In this document: positions 26,433 to 32,000 of the stretch, piece after piece
Position numbering within the stretch: the first letter of the stretch is position 1
Layout of the letters: every line of letters begins with the position of its first letter
Source of the DNA: Cardiobacteriaceae bacterium
Lineage (GTDB): Bacteria; Pseudomonadota; Gammaproteobacteria; Cardiobacteriales; Cardiobacteriaceae
Assembly: GCA_017484165.1 (NCBI GenBank)
Contig: JAFUTP010000028.1
Span: 1 to 32,000 of the forward strand
Direction of reading: 5' to 3'
Length of the DNA stretch: 32,000 nucleotides
Position numbers and translations under genes: made by a program
The notes under the pieces: model-generated
Told to the model about the DNA's origin: nothing
Seen by the model: only the letters and a program-made list of their open reading frames with translations
Database searches by the model: none

Positions 26433-27767
26433 TTAACGGTGATACTGCCCGCCAAATCCAGATAAATTAGCTTTACGCATCAAGCTTTCATATTGCTTCG
26501 AGAGAATATGAGATTGCACTTGCGACATAAAATCCATTGCAACTACAACCGCAATCAATAACGATGTTCCACCGAAGAGGAAAAGTATCTGTCCAGCAGT
26601 CGAGCCAATATTCATCAAAGACGGCAAGATACAAACAAACGCTACATATATCGCTCCAAGCAATGTCAGCCGCTCTTGCACCATATCCAAATATTCAGCC
26701 GTTTGCTTACCAGGACGAAAACCTTGAATAAAGGCATTGGAACGCTTCAAGTTATCAGCTAGTTCGCGGTTTTCATACATCATTGAAGTGTAGAAGAACG
26801 AAAACAGCACGATTAACAAGGTAAAGCTTGCGATATATAGCCAGCTACCAGGACCGAAGCTACTACCGAGTTCGCTTAAAAAACGACCAACGGTGCTCGT
26901 ACTACCGACAAACAAACCAAAACCTGAAACCAGCAAGGTAATAATCGCGGAAGCAAAAATTGCAGGAATAACCCCAGCCATATTGATTTTCAACGGAATA
27001 TGCTGTTTATCATTCATCGCTGCCAAAGAAGCACCTTGCGTTCTTTTCGCATAGTGAATTGCAATTTTGCGTTGTGCTCTTTCAACATAGACTATCAAAG
27101 CGAACAGTCCAATAATCAAGCCTAAAATCAGGAAAAATTTGCCATAAGACAAAGAACCGTCTTTCGCTTGTGAGACCATCGCCCCAATACCTGTCGGCAT
27201 ATTTACGGAAATACCCGCAAAAATCAACATCGATATACCGTTACCGATACCGCGTTCCGTAATCTGCTCGCCGAGCCACATCATAAACATAGCACCAGTA
27301 GTCAAACCGATAGTGGTAATTAGAACAAACTGCGAAGCCGCAACCGTGTCTAATTTCATTCCGCCGTTCATCACCGCACGCGATATCGCTAAACCTTGCA
27401 CAACAGAAACAAACAATGTCAGATAACGCGTATATTGCATTATCTTCTTCTGCCCAGAACTGCCCTGCTGCCGTAGTTCCTTCAAAGCTGGATACATATG
27501 TGTAACCAGCTGCATAATTATCGATGCACTGATATACGGTGCAACGCCCAATGCTAATAACGAAGCATTCGACAATGCACCGCCAGAAAACATATTGAAC
27601 AATTGAAACAGCGAGCCAGAACCACCTTCGAACATATCCCGTATTTTTGCCAAATCCACACCTGGCACTGGAATATGCACACCGATACGGTAAATGATTA
27701 AGGAAATAATCAAAAACCACAAACGAGCAGTTAGTTCCTTGAACGGATTTGAAGCAGGCTGTGCCAT
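26433..27767 (-). CDS. secY: preprotein translocase subunit SecY
   Basis: 444 aa with 10 TM segments. It has the typical start ELTARLWFLIISLIIYRIGVHIPVPG and is in the expected operon position. Confidence 0.95.
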   Translation of the reverse strand: MAQPASNPFKELTARLWFLIISLIIYRIGVHIPVPGVDLAKIRDMFEGGSGSLFQLFNMFSGGALSNASLLALGVAPYISASIIMQLVTHMYPALKELRQQGSSGQKKIMQYTRYLTLFVSVVQGLAISRAVMNGGMKLDTVAASQFVLITTIGLTTGAMFMMWLGEQITERGIGNGISMLIFAGISVNMPTGIGAMVSQAKDGSLSYGKFFLILGLIIGLFALIVYVERAQRKIAIHYAKRTQGASLAAMNDKQHIPLKINMAGVIPAIFASAIITLLVSGFGLFVGSTSTVGRFLSELGSSFGPGSWLYIASFTLLIVLFSFFYTSMMYENRELADNLKRSNAFIQGFRPGKQTAEYLDMVQERLTLLGAIYVAFVCILPSLMNIGSTAGQILFLFGGTSLLIAVVVAMDFMSQVQSHILSKQYESLMRKANLSGFGGQYHR

Positions 27768-27774
27768 AAGAGTT

Positions 27775-28215
27775 TTATTCCTCTACCTTACCGCCAGCAG
27801 CTTCAATTGCCGCTTTCGCACCTTTGCTTACCGAAATTCCTTTCAAAGTTACCGATTTAGAAATTTCACCTTGCAAATATACTTTTGCAGAAGTCGCCAA
27901 AATCGGAGCAATCCCAGCATCTTTCAGTGCTTGCAAATCAATAACTTGCACAGACAAAGCATTCAATTCTTGCAAACGCACACGAGCTGTATCAATACGC
28001 TTTTGACTACGGAAACCGCGTTTTGGCAAACGGCGTTGCAAAGGCATTTGTCCGCCTTCAAAACCAACTTTATGATAGCCACCAGAACGAGCTTTTTGAC
28101 CTTTATGCCCCTTACCGCTAGTTTTACCTAAACCAGAACCAATACCGCGTCCTAAACGCTTCTTCGACTGATGAGAACCTTCGGCAGGTTTTAATGTATT
28201 CAAACGCATTTTCAA
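27775..28215 (-). CDS. rplO: 50S ribosomal protein L15
   Basis: [12 protein letters not shown]...[13 protein letters not shown] is present. The start is either ATG 28215 (ATGA overlap with the rpmD stop) or ATG 28209 (an E. coli-like N-terminus). Confidence 0.93.
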   Translation of the reverse strand: MKMRLNTLKPAEGSHQSKKRLGRGIGSGLGKTSGKGHKGQKARSGGYHKVGFEGGQMPLQRRLPKRGFRSQKRIDTARVRLQELNALSVQVIDLQALKDAGIAPILATSAKVYLQGEISKSVTLKGISVSKGAKAAIEAAGGKVEE

Positions 28216-28397
28216 ACCTCTTCGACTTTCAGCAAATATGCAACTTTGTTAATCATTCCTCGATTTTCAGGAGTATCGAGAACTTCACGAGACTGGTGCA
28301 TTTTGCGCAAGCCCAAGCCTTTTACACACAATTTATGGTTTTCTAAACGACCGTTAAGGCTTTTTACCAGTGTAACTTTGATTTTCTTATCGGACAT
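28212..28397 (-). CDS. rpmD: 50S ribosomal protein L30
   Basis: 61 aa. IKVTLVKS...[34 protein letters not shown] parallels E. coli L30. Confidence 0.93.
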   Translation of the reverse strand: MSDKKIKVTLVKSLNGRLENHKLCVKGLGLRKMHQSREVLDTPENRGMINKVAYLLKVEEV

Positions 28398-28902
28398 TAG
28401 CTAACACCTCTTCCAAAGATTTACCGCGTTTATCGGCAACTTCTTGTGCTGTATTCATTGATACTAAACCGTTAATCGTCGCACGAATTACATTGCCTGG
28501 ATTACGAGTGCCGATACATTTTGCCAAGACATCTTTCACCCCGACAACTTCAAATACCGCACGCATCGCACCGCCAGCAATAATTCCTGTACCAGCAGAA
28601 GCAGGCTGTATGAATACTTTTGCCGCTCCGTGTGTGCCGATAACCGCATATTGCAAAGTATCATTATTCAAAGAAACGGTAACCAAACTCTTTTTAGCTT
28701 GTTCAATTGCTTTTTGAATTGCAACTGGAACTTCTTTCGCCTTACCGTATCCAAATCCGACACGACCTTTGCCATCACCAATAACTACCAAAGCAGCAAA
28801 AGCAAATTGCCGACCACCTTTAACAACTTTTGTAACCCGATTAACGGCAACTAATTTTTCTAAAAACTCGTTTTCTTGTTGGCGTTCTTTTTGTTGAGCC
28901 AT
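28387..28902 (-). CDS. rpsE: 30S ribosomal protein S5
   Basis: [43 protein letters not shown] is canonical. Confidence 0.95.
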   Translation of the reverse strand: MAQQKERQQENEFLEKLVAVNRVTKVVKGGRQFAFAALVVIGDGKGRVGFGYGKAKEVPVAIQKAIEQAKKSLVTVSLNNDTLQYAVIGTHGAAKVFIQPASAGTGIIAGGAMRAVFEVVGVKDVLAKCIGTRNPGNVIRATINGLVSMNTAQEVADKRGKSLEEVLANVR

Positions 28903-28911
28903 AATAACCTC

Positions 28912-29271
28912 TTAAAATTGTAATCCAGCTTCACGCGCAGCTTCTGCCAACGCCTTCACACGACCGTGATACGGAAAACCGCTCCGATCAAACGCCACTT
29001 CTGCGATACCCAAAGATTTAGCCTTTTCGCCAATCAACTTACCGACTTTGCCAGCCGCTTCAATGTTACCTGTATATTTCAATCCTTGTTTTACCGCAGA
29101 TTGCACAGTAGAAACCGTAGCCAACACACGATTTTCATCACCACCGCTAATCAGTTGTGCATAAATATGACGCGGGGTTTTATTAACAATCAAGCTCGCC
29201 TTACCAGATTCACGGATATTCAAACGAGTGCGTTTGCCACGACGAATACGGTTGATTTTTTTCTGATTCAT
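28912..29271 (-). CDS. rplR: 50S ribosomal protein L18
   Basis: [15 protein letters not shown]...[26 protein letters not shown] is canonical. Confidence 0.95.
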   Translation of the reverse strand: MNQKKINRIRRGKRTRLNIRESGKASLIVNKTPRHIYAQLISGGDENRVLATVSTVQSAVKQGLKYTGNIEAAGKVGKLIGEKAKSLGIAEVAFDRSGFPYHGRVKALAEAAREAGLQF

Positions 29272-29283
29272 CTTTTTACCCCG

Positions 29284-29817
29284 TTATTTTTTCTTGGTTT
29301 CTTTGATGATTACGCGTTCATCCGCATAGCGAACACCTTTACCTTTATAAGGTTCAGGCGGACGATAAGCACGAATCTTCGCCGCAACTTCACCGACCAA
29401 CTGTTTATCATTACCTTTGATAAGGATTTCAGTTTGAGACGGAGTTTCAATAGCAATACCAGTAGGAACTGCAAATTCAATCGGATGCGAAAAACCAAGC
29501 GATAAATTCAATTTTGCACCTTGCGCCTGTGCTCTATAACCAACACCGACTAATTGCAACTTCTTCTCAAAACCAACGCTAACACCAATCATCATATTAT
29601 TGACTAATGCACGCATCGTTCCTGTCATCATCCAGTGTTCAGCCGTTTCTTTAACTGGTTTAATCAATAAACGACCGTCATTTTCTTCAATAGTAGTAAA
29701 AGGGTGTAATTCTAATTTCAACTCGCCTTTTGCGCCTTTTGCGCTAACTTTTTGCTTATCAATCGAAATTTGAACACCTTTTGGAATTACAACAGGTTGC
29801 TTACCAATACGAGACAT
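29284..29817 (-). CDS. rplF: 50S ribosomal protein L6
   Basis: MSRIGKQPVVIPKGV and PEPYKGKGVRY are present. Confidence 0.95.
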   Translation of the reverse strand: MSRIGKQPVVIPKGVQISIDKQKVSAKGAKGELKLELHPFTTIEENDGRLLIKPVKETAEHWMMTGTMRALVNNMMIGVSVGFEKKLQLVGVGYRAQAQGAKLNLSLGFSHPIEFAVPTGIAIETPSQTEILIKGNDKQLVGEVAAKIRAYRPPEPYKGKGVRYADERVIIKETKKK

Positions 29818-29826
29818 CTTTCCCCC

Positions 29827-30216
29827 TTATGCCACAAAGCAGATAACTTCGCCGCCAATACCATTCTTACGGGCTTGCAAATCACTCATTACACCCTTCG
29901 AAGTAGAAATTATGGCAACACCCAAGCCGCCTTGTACACGGGGCAACTCTTTGGCATTTTTAAAAATACGCAAACCAGGACGACTAACTCTTTGCAACAA
30001 CTCAATAACTGGTTTGCCTTGATAGTATTTCAAACTAATAGTCAATTCTGGTTTAACATCAGACGAAACTTCAAAACCGAGAATATAGCCCTCTTCTTGC
30101 AAAACCTTTGCAATCGCAACTTTTTGCTTTGAAGATGGCATAGTTACTAATGAACGCCCAACACTTTGAGCATTGCGGATACGCGTGAGCATATCAGCAA
30201 TAGGATCCATCATCAT
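29827..30216 (-). CDS. rpsH: 30S ribosomal protein S8
   Basis: [13 protein letters not shown] is present. Which of the three N-terminal ATG codons is used is uncertain. Confidence 0.93.
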   Translation of the reverse strand: MMMDPIADMLTRIRNAQSVGRSLVTMPSSKQKVAIAKVLQEEGYILGFEVSSDVKPELTISLKYYQGKPVIELLQRVSRPGLRIFKNAKELPRVQGGLGVAIISTSKGVMSDLQARKNGIGGEVICFVA

Positions 30217-30280
30217 ATAAAAATTACCTCTATTTCAGTATCAGAACTTAAAGTTCTTGGAACTTAAAGAATGCCAGTTG

Positions 30281-30589
30281 TTACCAACTAGCTTTTCTTA
30301 CACCTGGAACTTCGCCACGCATAGCGAGTTCGCGCAATTTATTCCGAGAAAGCCCAAAACGACGATACACAGCATGCGGACGACCAGTAATCCGACAACG
30401 GCGTTGCAATCTCACAGGAGAAGCATCACGCGGTAGTTTGTGTAATTGTTCTTGTGCCGCCAAGCGTTCTTCATCAGAATATGAATCAATTTTGCGAATA
30501 ATTTCTTTAAGTTTGGCGCGTTTTTCAGCATATTTTTCAACCATTTTAATACGCTTCAATTCGCGATTTACCATACTTTTTTTAGCCAT
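30281..30589 (-). CDS. rpsN: 30S ribosomal protein S14 (long, non-zinc form)
   Basis: [10 protein letters not shown]...[39 protein letters not shown] is present. Size is 102 aa. Confidence 0.95.
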   Translation of the reverse strand: MAKKSMVNRELKRIKMVEKYAEKRAKLKEIIRKIDSYSDEERLAAQEQLHKLPRDASPVRLQRRCRITGRPHAVYRRFGLSRNKLRELAMRGEVPGVRKASW

Positions 30590-30591
30590 TA

Positions 30592-31137
30592 TTAACCTCT
30601 AAATGGAAAGCCGAAAGCGTCAAGCAATGCTTTTGCTTGCTCATCATTAGCCGCAGTGGTGGTAAAAGTAATATCCATACCGCGAATTGCATCAGTTTTT
30701 TCAAAATCAATTTCAGGGAAAATGATTTGCTCTTTAACACCAAAACTGTAATTTCCGCGACCGTCAAATGATTTTGCACTCAAACCACGAAAATCTCTTG
30801 TCCGCGGAATCGAAATGTTAATCAAACGATCTAAAAATTCATACATTTTGTCGCGACGCAAAGTTACTTTACAACCAATCGGCCAACCATCACGAATTTT
30901 GAAACCAGCAATAGATTTCTTCGATTTAGTGATAATCGGCTTTTGACCAGTGATTAAACTCAAATCACGAACGGCATTATCCATAATTTTTTTGTCCGCA
31001 ACCGCTTCACCAACACCCATATTCAAAGTGATTTTTTGTAAGCGTGGAACCTGCATAATATTGCTCAAACCAAGCTTTTGTTGCAGAGCAGGAACAATTT
31101 CCTTTTTATAAATTTCTTCCAAACGGGACATATTCAC
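30592..31137 (-). CDS. rplE: 50S ribosomal protein L5
   Basis: [10 protein letters not shown] and IFPEIDFEK...[10 protein letters not shown] are present. Confidence 0.95.
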   Translation of the reverse strand: MNMSRLEEIYKKEIVPALQQKLGLSNIMQVPRLQKITLNMGVGEAVADKKIMDNAVRDLSLITGQKPIITKSKKSIAGFKIRDGWPIGCKVTLRRDKMYEFLDRLINISIPRTRDFRGLSAKSFDGRGNYSFGVKEQIIFPEIDFEKTDAIRGMDITFTTTAANDEQAKALLDAFGFPFRG

Positions 31138-31138
31138 C

Positions 31139-31450
31139 TCAAACTAACGCACCGTTAGATTTGAAATAACGGACTTTTTTACCGTCTTCAAACTTAAATC
31201 CAACACGATCGCCTTTGCCAGTTGCAGGATTGAACAACATTACATTGGAAATATGGATTGTTGCTTCTTTGCGAACAATTCCACCTTCAATGCCAAGTTG
31301 CGGATTTGGTTTAATGTGTTTTACAACCATATTCAATCCTTCAACCAAAACACGATCACCGTGAACCGCTAAAACTTTACCGCGTTTGCCTTTATTGTCA
31401 GCTTTACCAGCAATAACAATGACTTCATCGCCTTTTTTAATGCGTTTCAT
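31139..31450 (-). CDS. rplX: 50S ribosomal protein L24
   Basis: It has the KOW motif [23 protein letters not shown]. Confidence 0.95.
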   Translation of the reverse strand: MKRIKKGDEVIVIAGKADNKGKRGKVLAVHGDRVLVEGLNMVVKHIKPNPQLGIEGGIVRKEATIHISNVMLFNPATGKGDRVGFKFEDGKKVRYFKSNGALV

Positions 31451-31459
31451 TGCAACTCC

Positions 31460-31828
31460 TTATAAAACTTCTGGCGCAAGTGAAACAATTTTCATAAATT
31501 TTTCACTACGCAACTCGCGGGCAATTGGTCCAAATACACGAGTCCCAATCGGTTCAAGTTTAGTATTTAATAATACCGCAGCATTACCGTCAAAACGCAG
31601 AACCGAACCGTCTGCACGACGAACACCTTTACGAGTACGGACAATCAAAGCGTTATAAACATCGCCTTTTTTCACCCTTCCACGCGGCATAGCTTCTTTC
31701 ACGGAAACTTTAATAACATCGCCAATTCCCGCATAACGACGGTGCGAACCACCAAGCACTTTTATACATTGCAACTCACGCGCGCCGCTATTGTCGGCAA
31801 CGGAGAGTCTTGATTGCATCTGAATCAT
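31460..31828 (-). CDS. rplN: 50S ribosomal protein L14
   Basis: [28 protein letters not shown] is canonical. Confidence 0.95.
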   Translation of the reverse strand: MIQMQSRLSVADNSGARELQCIKVLGGSHRRYAGIGDVIKVSVKEAMPRGRVKKGDVYNALIVRTRKGVRRADGSVLRFDGNAAVLLNTKLEPIGTRVFGPIARELRSEKFMKIVSLAPEVL

Positions 31829-31837
31829 TCTTACACC

Positions 31838-32000
31838 TTAATCTTTTGCTTTTTCGACAATTTCGACTAAACGCCAAGTTTTAGTTTTAGAAATCGGACG
31901 AGATTGCGCAATCAACACCGTATCGCCAATATTGCACTCATTGTTTTCATCATGAGCGTGGCATTTGAGTGTGCGCTTAATAAACTTTCCATACAAAGGG
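31838..32000 (-). CDS. rpsQ: 30S ribosomal protein S17, 3' part (the gene continues beyond the window edge)
   Basis: Hand translation of the minus strand ends ...[23 protein letters not shown], with the stop at 31838-31840. It lies upstream of rplN as in the S10/spc junction. Confidence 0.85.
   Translation of the reverse strand, partial: PLYGKFIKRTLKCHAHDENNECNIGDTVLIAQSRPISKTKTWRLVEIVEKAKD

Noticed and set aside
28966-29505. 179-aa ORF on the plus strand across rplR/rplF, and similar antisense or off-frame ORFs throughout the ribosomal operon and secY (e.g. 27241..27720, 27694..28131, 29752..30132, 31386..31658)
   Set aside because: They overlap highly conserved ribosomal and secY genes, and their sequences are Thr/Phe/Asn/Arg-biased nonsense. 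They are not credible as genes.
30243-30269. Palindrome agaactt-a-aagttct and a 10-nt direct repeat gaacttaaag (30244-30253, 30260-30269) between rpsN and rpsH
   Set aside because: The structure is short and AT-rich. The effective stem is ~5 bp once a viable loop is allowed. I can support no known regulatory role at this junction, so it is probably incidental.

Overview
This is an AT-rich chromosomal segment of gammaproteobacterial type, judged from gene content and order (djlA, rapZ, argA, spc/alpha operon). All calls were made by eye from the sequence and the ORF track. No database or HMM search was possible. Hand-counted coordinates of non-ORF features may be off by 1-2 nt.

Layout:
- 23.4-32 kb, minus strand: the conserved spc/alpha ribosomal operon (rpsQ' rplN rplX rplE rpsN rpsH rplF rplR rpsE rpmD rplO secY rpmJ rpsM rpsK rpsD rpoA rplQ).
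- 1.8-23.4 kb: mostly housekeeping genes (hemH, an SDR, folE2, trmB, argA, panBCD, djlA, rapZ, an NCS2 purine permease, glk, ligA, a MATE pump, a yfaE-like ferredoxin, dnaQ). A lone diphosphomevalonate decarboxylase gene also sits here. Small accessory inserts interrupt this stretch: vapBC, three unknown membrane proteins and a secreted repeat protein.

Most interesting:
1. The left edge (2-1750) looks like the 3' end of a polymorphic-toxin gene with an ATGA-coupled immunity gene. It is followed by a promoterless orphan toxin-CT/immunity cassette. The cassette starts with a near-identical 27-nt junction (encoding DN[F/L]AEGVGK) and carries one in-frame TAG. I do not recognise this junction motif as any described toxin demarcation motif.
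2. A ~112-120 bp nested-palindromic MITE-like repeat family occurs at 5 intergenic loci (7 units). One locus is a head-to-tail triplication, and one copy supplies the stop codon of the MATE gene.
3. A 20-nt homopolymer abuts an extended -10 promoter upstream of a MITE-containing leader and two paralogous small membrane-protein genes.

No rRNA, tRNA, CRISPR array, transposase or integrase was seen.
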